A stretch of 64,000 nt of DNA from Heptranchias perlo (Eukaryota): NCBI RefSeq assembly GCF_035084215.1, contig NW_027139264.1, forward strand, positions 186,001-250,000, given 5' to 3'. Below are positions 13,100-26,400 of the stretch, piece after piece (position 1 is the stretch's first letter; every line of letters starts with the position of its first letter). The translations under genes and the position numbers were made by a program. A model generated the notes under the pieces. The model saw only the letters and a program-made list of their open reading frames with translations. It searched no databases and was not told the origin of the DNA.

Positions 13100-13310
13100 A
13101 TCTTCCCTACGTCTATCCTATCAAACCCTTTCATAATCTTAACGACCTCTATCAGGTGACCCCTCAGCTGAACTCCGGTGAACTCCAGCTGTCTCTCAGC
13201 ATCAGTCATCTGCCTTCAGGCCGAGAAAATTGATGGTGGTGGGCGGGGTAGAAATGAAGGCAAAAGAAGAGAACTTGTCACCGATTGTACTCTTTGTTTA
13301 AATCTCTCAG

Positions 13311-13583
13311 TCGCCCCTGAGGTGTTTATTGGGAAGAGGAGTGACGGGGACAGAGTGCTAAGGGTCTCCTGCCTTGTGTCGGGGTTCTACCCCTGGGCCA
13401 TCGAGGTGACTTGGTTGGGGAATGGCGAGGAGATCGCTGACATTGAATCCAGTGACGTGCTGCCCAACCAGGATATGACCTATCGGGTACTGAAAACGAT
13501 CGAGCTGAGTGGAGACGACAGGAAGAGCTACTCCTGTCATATCGAGCACGCCAGCCTCCTGCGGGGGATCAACGTACCCTGGG
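13311..13583 (+). CDS. MHC class I heavy chain, alpha3 (Ig C1-set) exon
   Basis: Acceptor aatctctcag|, donor G|gtgagt; 273 bp. Encodes VAPEVFI...SCLVSGFYPWAIEVTW...LPNQDMTY...YSCHIEHASL...VPW with C1-set motifs C-x3-GFYP, W and YxCxxxH. Confidence 0.96.
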
Positions 13584-13719
13584 GTGAGTGGCAAATCGGG
13601 GGGGGGGGCTCAGGGTCTTTCCCTGTGTCTCGGGGGGGCCGCGAGGTACTTCCTGGAACTCTGGGTCCTTCCCCGATTCTCGGGAGGGCCGCAGGGCTTT
13701 TCCCCGTGTCTTGGGGGCC

Positions 13720-14950
13720 CACAGGGTCCTTCCCCATGCCTCTGGGTCATTCCCCGTGCCTCTGGGTCATTCCCTGTGCCTCTGGGTCATTCCCTGTGCC
13801 TCTGGGTCCTTCCCCGTGCCTCTGGGTCCTTCCCCATTCCTCTGCATTCTTCCCCATGCCTCTGGGTCATTCCCTGTGCCTCTGGATCATTCCCCGTTCC
13901 TCTGCATCCTTCCCTGTGCCTCTGGGTCATTCCCTGTGCCTCTGGATCATTCCCTGTGCCTCTGGATCATTCCCTGTGCCTCTGGGTCCTTCCCCGTGCC
14001 TCTGGATCATTCCCTGTGCCTCTGCATCCTTCCCTCTGCCTCTGGGTCCTTCCCTGTGCCTCTGGATCATTCCTCGTGCCTCTGCATCCTTCCCTCTGCC
14101 TCTGGGTCCTTCCCCGTGCCTCTGGATCATTCCCCATGCCTCTGCATCCTTCCCCGTGCCTCTGGGTCCTTCCCTGTGCCTCTGGATCATTCCTCGTGCC
14201 TCTGCATCCTTCCCTGTGCCTCTGGGTCATTCCCCGTGCCTCTGCGTCCTTCCCTGTGCCTCTGGGTCATTCCCCGTGCCTCTGGGTCATTCCCCTTGCC
14301 TCTGGGTCCTTCCCTGTGCCTCTGGGTCATTCCCCGTGCCTCTGGATCATTCCCCGTTCCTCTACATCCTTCCTCATGTCTCTGCATCCTTCCCTGTGCC
14401 TCTGGGTCATTCCCTGTGCCTCTGGATCATTCCCTGTGCCTCTGGGTCATTCCCCGTGCCTCTGGGTCCTTCCCCGTGCCTCTGGGTCCTTCCCTGTGCC
14501 TCTGGATCATTCCTCGTACCTCTGCATCCTTCCCTGTGCCTCTGGATCCTTCCCCGTGCCTCTGGGTCCTTCCCCGTGCCTCTGGGTCATTCCCTGTGCC
14601 TCTGCATCATTCCCCGTGTCTCAGGGTCCTTCCCCGTGCCTCTGGATCATTCCCCGTTCCTCTGCATCCTTCCCTGTGCCTCTGGGTCCTTCCCTGTGTC
14701 TCAGGGTCATTCCCTGTGCCTCTGCATCCTTCCCCGTGCCTCTGGGTCATTGCTGTGCCTCAGGGTCCTTCCTTGTGTCTCTGCGTCCTTCCCCACTTCT
14801 CTGGATCCTCCCATGTGACTCTAGGTCATTCCCTGTGACTCGAGGTCATTCCCTGTGACTCGAGGTCATTCCCTGTGCCTCAAGGTCATTCCCTGTGCCT
14901 CAAGGTCATTCCCTGTGCCGCAGGGTCCTTCCCCGTGTCTCTGCATCCTT
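13720..14950. repeat. 20-bp minisatellite just after the alpha3 exon
   Basis: Unit TCCCYGTGCCTCTGGRTCMT. Confidence 0.95.
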
Positions 14951-14954
14951 CGGG

Positions 14955-15410
14955 GGAGCGCTGCACTGTCAAAGGGGCAGTACTGAGGGAGTGCGGTACT
15001 GTCGGAGGGTCAGTACTGAGGGAGAGCTGCACTGTCGGAGGGTCAGTACTGAGGGAGTGCTGCACTGTGGGAGGTGCCATCTTTCAGATGAGATGTTAAG
15101 TCAAGGCCCCAACTGCCATCTCAGGTGGAGGTAAAACATCCCATGACATTATTTCGAGGATGAGCAGGAGAGTTATCCCCAGTGTCCTGGCCAATATTTA
15201 TCCCTCAATAAACATGAATATAAAAAAAGTGATCTGATCATTATCACATTGCTGGTCGTGGGATCTTGCTGTGCGCAAATTGGCTGCCGGGTTTTCCACA
15301 TCACAACAGTGACTACACTTCAAAATAGTTTAATTGGCTGTAAAGTGCTTTGAGACATCCTGAGCTCATGAAAGGTGTTATATAAATGCACCTCTTCCTT
15401 TTCTCTTTCA
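14955..15410 (+). mobile_element. Same SINE family, 5'-truncated, with ~3.5 copies of the 33-bp unit
   Basis: Body and tail match 61480-61795. Confidence 0.7.
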
Positions 15411-15579
15411 ATAGCACATGCCCACCTTTCACGGTGTTACACTGAGCAAAATCCCCTTCAATTTACCCAATAGCACAATTGGTAAATGACCTGCCCAATG
15501 TGGAACAAAGACGGACAGACCAGAGGGTCCCAGATTTAACCCCTGGCCTCTGCTGAGTGGGAGGATTTCAATTGGAGAG

Positions 15580-16560
15580 ACTGCCCTTTCCCCATAGCCC
15601 TGACTCAATTCCAAACGAATCCCACTGCCCCACTCTCTCCCCATAGCCCTGTATCAATCCCAAACTAATCCCACTGCCCCACTCTCTCCCCATAGCCGTG
15701 TAACAATCCCAAACTAATCCCACTGCCCCGCGCCCTCCCCATAGCCCTGTATCAATCCCAAACTAATCCCACTGCCCCACTCTCTCCCCATCGCCCGGTA
15801 TCAATCCCAAACTAATCCCACTGCCCCACTCTCTCCACACAGCCCTGTATCAATCCCAAACTAATCCCACTGCCCTACTCTCTCCCCATAGCCCTGCATC
15901 AATCCCAAACTAATCCCACTGCCCCACTCTCTCCCCATCGCCCTGTATCAATGCAAAACTAATCCCACTGCCCCACTCTCTCCCCATAGCCCTGTATCAA
16001 TCCCAAACTAATCCCACTGCCCCAATCTCACCATAGCCCTGTATCAATCCCAAACTAATCCCACTGCCCCACTCTCTCCCCATTGCTCTGTATCAATCCC
16101 AAACTAATCCCACTGCCCCACACTCTCCCCATAGCCCTGTATCAATCCAAAACTAATCCCACTGTCCCACTCTCTCCCCATAGCCCCGTATCAATCCCAA
16201 ACTAATCCACTGTCCCACTCTCTCCCCATAGCTCTGCATCAATCCCAAACTAATCCACTGTCCCGCTCTCTCCCCATAGCCCTGTATCAATCCCAAACTA
16301 ATCCCACTGCCCCACTCTCTCCCCATAGCCCTGTATCAATCCCAAACTAATCCCACTGCCCCACTCTCTCCCCATAGCCCTGTATCAATCCCAAACTAAT
16401 CCCACTGCCCTACTCTCTCCCCATAGCCCTGCATCAATCCCAAACTAATCCCACTGCCCCACTCTCTCCCCATCGCCCTGCATCAATCCCAAACTAATCC
16501 CACTGCCCCACTCTCTCCCCACAGTCCTGTATCAATCCCAAACTAACCTCACTGCCCTGT
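15580..16560. repeat. 49-bp minisatellite derived from a CR1 3' UTR
   Basis: Unit CCCTGTATCAATCCCAAACTAATCCCACTGCCCCACTCTCTCCCCATAG; resembles CR1 3' UTR at ~44850 and continues into CR1-like sequence. Confidence 0.9.
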
Positions 16561-17028
16561 ATCTCCCTGAGCTTCGAATGTTTAGCCACCCTTCCCTTAA
16601 AACATACAATGGTCTCTGTCTCAACCACTCCCTGTGGCCAAACATTGCAATGTGCAACCATCATCTGTGTAAAGAAATGGCCAATAGTTTCCCCTCCTTG
16701 GCATTGCACTGTTATTTTACAGTGTGTAATTCTGCAGCCTCTATCCCTGATATCAGATGGTTCGTGTGTTGATTTAATCTGCTGACTACAGAATTGCACT
16801 TTAAACTCTGTAACGAGTCAGGAACTGCCCTGTTTCTGAGATTAATGAATGGTAACTAGTTGTATTCTGCTTATTATTTGTAATGGAGCCAGTTAGGCAT
16901 GTTTCAATCCATTTTAAATTGTTCATTACCCTATCAGACATGTACTGTACCAGTGTGCAGCTTAATGAAGCACCTAATGAAATCATTAGGAAATAATTAT
17001 TGATCAACATCATTTTAAAATTCAATAG

Positions 17029-17219
17029 AGAGGGCGACAGAAGGAGGCACGAATGTCGGGATTGGGACTGGAGCAGCAGCCGTCTCACTCACTCTTCTTG
17101 GCATCATCGTCGGAATTGGCTTCTGGAGCAAGAGGCAAAACAGGAGAGACCAGCAGAGCCCATCAGAGACCAGCAAAGCCCATCAGAGACCAGTAGAAAC
17201 TGGCAGAGTCCTGCCGTGA
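17029..17219 (+). CDS. MHC class I heavy chain, connecting peptide + transmembrane + cytoplasmic exon (to stop)
   Basis: Acceptor ttcaatag| in phase 1. Reads ERATEGGTNVGIGTGAAAVSLTLLGIIVGIGFWSKRQNRRDQQSPSETSKAHQRPVETGRVLP* (TGA 17217-17219): a hydrophobic helix followed by a basic stop-transfer segment. No obvious internal donor. Confidence 0.8.
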
Positions 17220-17550
17220 TGAGCAGAGACCGGCAGAGTCCTGCAGTGACCGGCAGAGACCAGTAAGACCAGCAGAGTTCTGCAGTGACCAGCAGAGAAT
17301 ATCAGAGACCAGAAGGGACTGGCAGAGACCAGCAGAAAGCGACAGAGTCCAGCAGAGACAGACAATGTCAGAGACGAGCAGAGAACAGCAGGTTCCTCAC
17401 CTGCTGACCAACAAGATCCATTTTCAGTAGTTAATTCCACGAACGATATATTTTCTTCCATTCTCCTCCCATATTCTCCTGAAGTTGCAAACTCTTAAAT
17501 GGTGTACGTGCCAGGACCACCCAGAATATCACCTGTGCTCCATCTTCAGA

Positions 17551-17935
17551 TGTTTGATGGGACAGTGTAGAGGGAGCTTTACTCTGTATCTAATCCATGC
17601 TGCACCTGCCCTGGGAGTGTTTGATGGGACAGTGTAGAGGGAGATTTACTCTGTATCTAACCCATGCTGTACCTGCCCTGGGAGTGTTTGATGGGACAGT
17701 GTAGAGGGAGATTTACTCTGTATCTAACCCATGCTGTACCTGCCCTGGGAGTGTTTGATGGGACAGTGTAGAGGGAGCTTTACTCTGTATCTAACCCGTG
17801 CTGTACCTGCCCTGGGAGTGTTTGATGGGACAGTGTAGAGGGAGCTTTACCCTGTATCTAACCCATGCTGTACCTGCCCTGGGAGTGTTTGATGGGACAG
17901 TGTAGAGGGAGATTCACTCTATCTAGCCCATGGTG
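17551..17935. repeat. 67-bp tandem repeat (~5.7 copies)
   Basis: Unit GTTTGATGGGACAGTGTAGAGGGAG...CCCTGGGAGT. Confidence 0.92.
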
Positions 17936-18169
17936 TACCTGGCCATACCCATGTTTATACCAGCTGTGGTTTGTCCTATACAGCAAAAGTTCCCACAACC
18001 CACACCCACACACCAGAGGCAAGTATTCCGCTAGATGTCAACCCAGAATTCAGTGTGAGTCTCCACTCGCTGGGACTGGGGCTCAAACCCTGCCCTTTCT
18101 GACTCAGGGGCAAGAATTCTACAGTTAAGCCAAAGGTTCGCTCCCACCGAGAGGGGACAATTGGATTGA

Positions 18170-19290
18170 AAGAAAGTACTTGCATTTATATAGCGCCTTT
18201 CACGACCATAGGTCGTCCCAAACCTTTACAGCCAATGAAGTACTTTTGAAGTGTAGTCACTGTTGTCATGTAGTAAACATGGCAGCCGATTTACACTCAG
18301 CAAGATCCCACAAACAGCAACGTGATAATGAGCAGATCATCTGTTTTTCAGTGATGTTGGTTGAGGGATAAATATTGGCCAGGACACCAGGGAGAACTCC
18401 CCTGCTCTTCTTCGAAATAGTGCTATGGGATCTTTTACGTCTGCCAGAGAGGTTAGACAGGGCCTCGGTTTAACATCTCATCCGAAAGATGGCACCCCGT
18501 CAGTGCAGCACTCCCTCAGTACTGTCCCTGAGATAGTACAGCACTCCCTCAGTACTGACCCTCTGACAGTGCAGCACTCCCTCAGTACTGCCCCTCCGAC
18601 AGTGCAGCGCTCCCTCAGTACTGACCCTCCGACAGTGCAGCGCTCCCTCAGTACTGACCGTCCGACAGTGCAGCACTCTCTCAGTACTGACCGTCCGACA
18701 GTGCAGCACTCTCTCAGTACTGCCCTCCGACTGTGCAGCACTCCCTCAGTACTGCCCTCCGACTGTGCAGCACTCTCTCAGTACTGCCCCTCCGACTGTG
18801 CAGCACTCTCTCAGTACTGCCCCTCCGACAGTGCAGCGCTCCCTCAGTCCTGACCGTCCGACAGTGCAGCACTCTCTCAGTACTGCCCCTCTGACTGTGC
18901 AGCACTCCCTCAGTACTGTCCCTCCGACAGCGCAGTGCTCCCTCAGTACTGCCCTCCGACTGTGCAGCACTCCCTCAGTACTGCCCCTCTGACAGTGCAG
19001 CACTCCCTCAGTACTGCCCCTCCGACAGCGCATCACTCCCTCAGTACTGCCCCTCCGACAACGCAGCGCTCCCTCAGTACTGCCCCTCTGACAGTGCAGC
19101 ACTCCCTCAGTACTGCCCCTCCGACTGTGCAGCACTCCCTCAGTACTGTCCCTCCGAGAGTGCAGAGCTCCCTCACTACTGCACTCGGTGTGTCAGGCTA
19201 GATTTTGTGCTCAAGTCTCTGAAGTGGGACTTGATCCCATGACCTTGTGACTGAGAGAGGGGAGTGCTACCCACTGAGCCATAGCTGACA
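18170..19290 (-). mobile_element. Same SINE family with internal 33-bp expansion (~18500-19180)
   Basis: Tail, body and tRNA-like head are all present around the tandem array. Confidence 0.75.
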
Positions 19291-20740
19291 CCGTTGGGTG
19301 GTGGTCGAGTCCCCACCACTTATAATGGACGGGTTCGTGCGAGGGGGATTCACCTGCTATTCGCGGTGGACGATGTGACCTGATGGCCGAGCCCCTGGAG
19401 GTGGTGGGAAGCATGGCGAGGGTTTGTGCTGTATCCTCACACTGATCAGGGTCAGGCCTCTTGAAACCTGTTGGTATTTTCGAGATATATTTTGTAAACT
19501 CACTTCACTCAAGTTTAGATTTAAACACTGGCGACAGCATCAATTTTTGGTTTGTGATTGGCCGTTGCCATGCTGTGAGTGTGACCCTTTACTCTACTCT
19601 CGCCATTGCAGCCGGGGTGGGTTTCCTGGTGAAGTTTCGAAAGTAGCCGATTAATGTAAGATTCATTACTCGTGATGAGAGTTTACTCTGCGTATCTACT
19701 GCTCCGAGTGGGGACACGGGGAGCGTTCTGCTAAAGAGGTTCTGGAGTTCGGGCTGAAACACGCAGCGGTCCTGGCCAGTTTCACCTCCGGCCCACTCCA
19801 CCACCACAGCAGGTCAATATTTGTGAGAAGTAATCGCAGGAGTTATAGCGGCCATGGAGGGGCGCGGGATGGGGGGGTGACAGATGGCAGCAGGGGGCTG
19901 CCTGGAAGGACTTAATAACAGGTGATCGCCCTTTACAGATGTGCGAACAGCTGTTTGAACTGCCCGAAATAGTCGGCCTACTTAATACGGTTTAAGTGGG
20001 CACCTTATTACTGATGCTTATGGTGATGGGAGATGGTTACAGAGGCCTAGTGTGAAAAGACTTAACGATAACCCCATACTGGATATCACCTCGTGTGCAG
20101 TCAACTTTCTGGAAGTGCGAGCTGATAACGGGCACGGAGAGGGCAACGGGGAATCTGGGACCTCAGTGACCGTCGAGACCAAAAGTCCATCTCCTTAACC
20201 ATTGAGATTTAAGGATTGAGAAAGAATCAGAGGAACGACAGAGTGAATTAGTGTCAAATCAGGGACTGAAAGAGAAATAAAGAGGCAAGAAAATATTGGA
20301 TTAAAAAGAGACAGAAAGGAAAAGTAAGAAAAAAAAAAGTAAAATTTTAAATTTTAAAAATCTCTAAGAAGAATTTACTACCTGCCGGGTGAGATTCACT
20401 TGTTTAAATCGTCCCCTTTCTGGGCAGGAGAGATTGATTAGCATTAACAATTATCACATTGTTAAGAGGGTATTTACGATGTTAAGTTCCAGCCCTGACT
20501 TTGAGGCGAGTTTAACGGGCGATTAATGTGCAAATCCAGCAAGTTCTTAAAAATAACGGAGGTTGAGGTCGTGAGAAGCAAATGGCGGAACGGCGTAAAT
20601 CGACCAGCAAATTCCGGAGATTTGCATCTCACGGTGTGTCTCTTAATCCCCTGACCTTGCTGGCCGATTTGTGCATTAATAACGACGTGTGTCGTGAGCC
20701 CCCCGTTACCTCTCCAGGAGAATTCGGCCCCGTTAACTCA

Positions 20741-21279
20741 TTACAGTTTCAAATGACGCCGTTGAAAAGAGGTTCCGTGTTTCTCCTACTTTTGTTCAAC
20801 CAAGGATTAAAGAAAGGGAACAGTTTGTCTTTGAACGTGTGAGTGAAAAAGTGCAGAGATGGAACATGTCATCAGCATTGTAAAAGGACACCTGTCCTCC
20901 CTCATAGACCCTGATCTTCCTGGGCTTGGTTGTTAGTTTGAGGACAGTGGAGGGTGAGGTCAGAGCCCCTTCGATGTGCTCGTACCTCTGACAGATGGTC
21001 CACGACCCAATCGAGGGTCAGCGTGATCTGCCCCTTCCTGTTGGCCGTCTCCTGGGCCAGTCCCAAGTCCCAGTCGGTCTTGTTGGCCGCCTCCATCTCC
21101 CAGTAGTGATTCCCTGAGGTCAATCCCTGGCTGCTCAGAACGCAGGTGCACTGCTCATACCCCTGGCAGACGTTGTTTAGGTTATTGGCTCAGATCATTG
21201 GCGTCCACCATGGTCAGGTCCTCAGGTACTACAAGCCTGGACTGCCCGGTTCTGGGATCGAGAGTGATCAGAGCCAGCA
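20741..21279 (-). pseudogene. TRIM paralogue pseudogene, B30.2 exon
   Basis: LITLDPRT...VLSSQGLTSGNHYWEMEAANKTDWDLGLA...[14 protein letters not shown]...KLFPFFNP...RHLKL*; same acceptor phase as the intact exon 6; several frameshifts and deletions. Confidence 0.9.
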
Positions 21280-22072
21280 CTTTTAATAATAGACAGGGAG
21301 AACGTTATAAACATTCGACAATTATAACTGGAACATGAAAATACTGAAATCCAAGGTGATATATCGAGAAGGTGTTATCGGCTTTGCATACAGTACACAA
21401 TTCCTTCTGGGGACACGTTCCCCCCTCATATCTTGCCGATAACACCCCTCTTTACGAAACAGTATATCCTCTGACTCGCCCCCTCCACAATCCCGCAGGG
21501 GAATCGTTCACCTTTATCAACATTTCCCCTTCTCTTGATACAGGGGTATTGATTCCTTGCTCTGATCTGATTCCAATAGAGCCCTAGTACCTTCAGAATC
21601 TTACCCACATGGCCGACCTTCATATATCAGCCTGCACGGGGACTGCTGGCAAGCTATTATTCGACTGTGGAAGGCATCACAGCTCAGCCTGACCTGGGCC
21701 CCACCGGATTCCCACACGGGCGAGGGATCAGGACCAGGAACCGTAGCTCAGAGTCTGACTCACCCCCAGCCCAGGGAGAGCCGAGAATGATTGGTGCTCA
21801 GGTCAGCTAACTTGGCCCAGGCTAGAAATGCCACAGGAGATAGAGGATCCATAAAGAAAATCACATCAATTGGGGAATATTTTCCTCTGTGCGTAAAGTT
21901 ACAGAAAGATTCTTCTATTACTAAACTGGGGAGGTTTATAAGAAAATCTGTCTTTCACCTGAGTTCAAATACAACCCAGATGAAAGGTCGATAAAGGTTT
22001 CATGTGAGGAGAGTTTAGGGCCGTCTCAAGCAATTCTTGTTATTTGTGGGTCCATAGGGGATAGGAATTAAT

Positions 22073-22720
22073 TGGGGAGTGGGGCTCAGTCGGGTTAGAG
22101 TGGGGAGTGGGATTCAGTCGGGTCAGAGTGGGGAGTGGGACTCAGTCGGGTCAGAGTGGGGAGTGGGCCTCAGTCGGGTTAGAGTGGGGAGTGGGACTCA
22201 GTCGGGTCAGAGTGGGGAGTGGGGCTCAGTCGGGTGGGAGTGGGGAGTGGGGCTCAGTCGGGTCAGAGTGGGGAGTGGGACTCAGTCGGGTCAGAGTGGG
22301 GAGTGGGGCTCGGTCGGGTCTGAGTGGGGAGTGGGATTCAGTCGGGTCAGAGTGGGGAGTGGGGCTCAGTCGGGTCAGAGTGGGGAGTGGGATTCAGTCG
22401 GGTCAGAGTGGGGAGTGGGACTCAGTCGGGTCAGAGTGGGGAGTGGGACTCAGTCGGGTCAGAGTGGGGAGTGGGACTCAGTCGGGTCAGAGTGGGGAGT
22501 GGGGCTCTGTCGGGTCAGAGTGGGGAGTGGGGCTCAGTCGGGTCAGAGTGGGGAGTGGGACTTAGTCGGGTCAGAGTGGGGAGTGGGACTCAGTCGGGTC
22601 AGAGTGGGGAGTGGGATTCAGTCGGGTCAGAGTGGGGAGTGGGGCTCAGTCGGGTCAGAGTGGGGAGTGGGGCTCAGTCGGGTCAGAGTGGGGAGTGGGG
22701 CTCAGTCGGGTCAGAGTGGG
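22073..22720. repeat. 28-bp G-rich minisatellite (~23 copies)
   Basis: Unit TGGGGAGTGGGRCTCAGTCGGGTCAGAG. Confidence 0.95.
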
Positions 22721-23484
22721 AGACTTGTTTTTATGTTCACTGTAATGACCTCACGTATTAGATACACATTGAATGAATGATTTCACTTCATCCTTAAAGG
22801 AGATCATGTCCGGCTTTATAATAAAAATACAAATGAGTCTCCGTGTGCAGAGTTTATCGAAGTTTGATCCTTGTGCATGTCTCTCCAGTTGGTTGCGGCA
22901 TTGAAGGGGGGTGGGGGCGGTGGTATTTTCGGACTCCCTGCTCCAGCGATGGGACCTCACCCCCAGAGGGCAGTTTATCAGTAAATAGTCGGCCCACTGC
23001 CCGTGATTTTCCATTCATTAATGGCAATGGACCAAGAATTGTGGGCACCTCCAATGATCCACACACTGTGTGCAAGGCTCTGCCAGTGGCCCAGGGCCCC
23101 GATAATCTCAGCTCAACAGGTCTACGTTCCTTCAGAGCGTTGGGTAGCTCAGCTGGTTGAGAGCTGGACGAAGGGGTTAAGGGTCCCAGGTTTGAATCCC
23201 AACAACGTCCACTCAGCCTTTCAACTGTCTGAGGTTCATGAAGTGAATACCATATTGCAGGGCGTAGGGAGAAATCCAGAGACTGCTCGCAGTCCTTCCC
23301 ATTGCTAATGGGGCTGCCCCAGACGGCCCTGACTCCTCAGTAATAGGTATGGGGATGACCAGCTGATTAAAACAGACCAAGGATGGAACCTGCAATCTTC
23401 ATCTGGGGCTCAACCACCTATTTCATAAACTCACTGTGTCATCAGAACAGCTGCAGACAACAGAGATAACATCAAACCTCACAT

Positions 23485-26400
23485 GGTAAATCTATCGGTG
23501 TTCACCGAGAGAGGGGATTAGGGTAAATCTATCGGTGTTCACCGAGAGAGGGGATTAGGGTAAATCTATCAGTGTTTACCGAGAGAGGGGATTAGGGTAA
23601 ATCTATCGGTGTTCACCGAGAGAGGGGATTAGGGTAAATCTATCGGTGTTCACCGAGAGAGGGGATTGGGGTAAATCTATCGGTGTTTACCGAGAGAGGG
23701 GATTAGGGTAAATCTATCGGTGTTCACCGAGAGAGGGGATTAGGGTAAATCTATCGGTGTTCACCGAGAGAGGGGATTAGGGTAAATCTATCGGTGTTCA
23801 CCGAGAGAGGGGATTAGGGTAAATCTATCGGTGTTTACAGAGAGAGGGGATTAGGGTAAATCTATCGGTGTTTACAGAGAGAGGGGATTAGGGTAAATCT
23901 ATCAGTGTTTACAGAGAGAGGGGATTAGGGGAAATCTATCGGTGTTCACCGAGAGAGGGGATTAGGGTAAATCTATCGGTGTTCACCAGGAGAGAGGGGA
24001 TTAGGGTAAATCTATCGGTGTTTACCGAGAGAGGGGTTTGGGGTAAATCTATCGGTGTTTACCGAGAGAGGGGATTAGGGTAAATCTATTGGTGTTCACC
24101 GAGAGAGGGGATTAGGGTAAATCTATCGGTGTTCACCAGGAGAGAGGGGATTAGGGTAAATCTATCGGTGTTTACCGAGAGAGGGGTTTGGGGTAAATCT
24201 ATCGGTGTTTACCGAGAGAGGGGATTGGGGTAAATCTATCGGTGTTGACCAGGAGAGAGGGGATTTGGGTCAATCTATCGGTGTTTACCGAGAGAGGGGA
24301 TTAGGGTAAATCTATCAATGTTTACCGAGAGAGGGGAATGGGGTAAATCTATCAGTGTTTACCGAGAGAGGGGATTGGGGTAAATCTACCGGTGTTCACC
24401 GAGAGAGGGGATTAGGGTAAATCTATCAGTGTTTACCGAGAGAGGGGATTAGGGTAAAACTATCAGTGTTTACCGAGAGAGGGGATTAGGGTAAATCTAT
24501 CGGTGTTCACCGAGAGAGGGGATTGGGGTAAATCTATCGGTGTTCACTGAGAGAGGGGATTAGGGTAAATCTATCGGTGTTCACCGAGAGAGGGGATTAG
24601 GTTAAATCTATCGGTGTTTACCGAGAGAGGGGATTAGGGTAAATCTATCGGTGTTCACCGAGAGAGGGGATTAGGGTAACTCTATCGGTGTTCACCGAGA
24701 GAGGGGATTAGGGTAAATCTATCGGTGTTCACCGAGAGAGGGGATTAGGGTAAATCTATCGGTGTTCACCGAGAGAGGGGATTAGGGTAAATCTATCGGT
24801 GTTCACCGAGAGAGGGGATTAGGATCAATCTATCGGTGTTCACCGAGAGAGGGGATTAGGGTAAATCTATCGGTGTTAACCGAGAGAGGGGAATAGGGTC
24901 AATCTATCGGTGTTCACCGAGAGAGGGGATTAGGGTAAATCTATCGGTGTTTACTGAGAGAGGGGATTAGGGTAAATCTATCGGTGTTCAGCGAGAGAGG
25001 GGATTAGGGTAAATCTATTGGTGTTTACCGAGAGAGGGGATTAGGGTAAATCTAATGGTGTTCACCGAGAGAGTGGATTAGGGTAAATCTATCGGTGTTT
25101 ACCAGGAGAGGGGATTAGGGTAAATCTATCGGTGTTCACCAGGAGAGAGGGGATTGGGGTAAATCTATCGGTGTTCACCAGGAGAGAGGGGATTAGGGTA
25201 AATCAATCGGTGTTTACTGAGAGAGGGGATTAGGGTAAATCTATCGGTGTTCACCGAGAGAGGGGATTAGGGTAAATCTATCGGTGTTCACCGAGAGAGG
25301 GGATTAGGGTAAATCTATCGGTGTTCACCAGGAGAGAGGGGATTAGTGTAAATCTATCGGTGTTTACCGAGAGAGGGGATTAGGGTAAATCTATCGGTGT
25401 TCACCAGGAGAGAGGGGATTAGGGTAAATCTATCGGTGTTTACCGAGAGAGGGGATTGGGGTAAATCTATCGGTGTTTACCGAGAGAGGGGATTAGGGTA
25501 AATCTATCGGTGTTTACCGAGAGAGGGGATTGGGGTAAATCTATCGGTGTTCACCAGGAGAGAGGGGATTAGGGTAAATCTATCGGTGTTTACCGAGAGA
25601 GGGGATTAGGGTAAATCTATCGGTGTTTACCGAGAGAGGGGATTAGGGTAAATCTATCGGTGTTTACCAGGAGAGAGGGGATTAGGGTAAATCTATCGGT
25701 GTTTACCGAGAGAGGGGATTGGGGTAAATCTATCGGTGTTTACCGAGAGAGGGGATTAGGGTAAATCTATCGGTGTTTACCGAGAGAGGGGATTAGGGTA
25801 AATCTATCGGTGTTTACCAAGAGAGGGGATTAAGGTAAATCTATCGGTGTTTACCGAGAGAGGGGATTAGGGTAAATCTATCGGTGTTTACCAAGAGAGG
25901 GGATTAAGGTAAATCTATCGGTGTTTACCGAGAGAGGGGATTAGGGTAAATCTATTGGTGTTTACCGAGAGAGGGGATTAGGGTAAATCTATCGGTGTTT
26001 ACCAGGAGAGAGGGGATTAGGGTAAATCTATCGGTGATACCGAGAGAGGGGATTGGGGTAAATCTATCGGTGTTTACCAGGAGAGAGGGGATTGGGGTAA
26101 ATCTATCGGTGTTTACCGAGAGAGGGGATTAGGGTAAATCTATCGGTGTTTACCGAGAGAGGGGATTAGGGTTAATCTATCAGTCTTCACCGAGAGAGGG
26201 GATTAGGGTAAATCTATCGGTGTTTACCGAGAGAGGGGATTAGGGTAAATCTATCGGTGTTTACTGAGAGAGGGGATTAGGGTAAATCTATCGGTGTTCA
26301 CCGAGAGAGGGGATTAGGGTAAATCTATCGGTGTTTACCGAGAGAGGGGATTGGGGTAAATCTATCGGTGTTCACCGAGAGAGGGGATTAGGGTAAATCT

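Noticed and set aside
4949-17219. MHC class II or W-category chain (Gly-rich TM)
   Set aside because: Alpha1, alpha2 and alpha3 exons occur in one phase-compatible gene, which is class I architecture.
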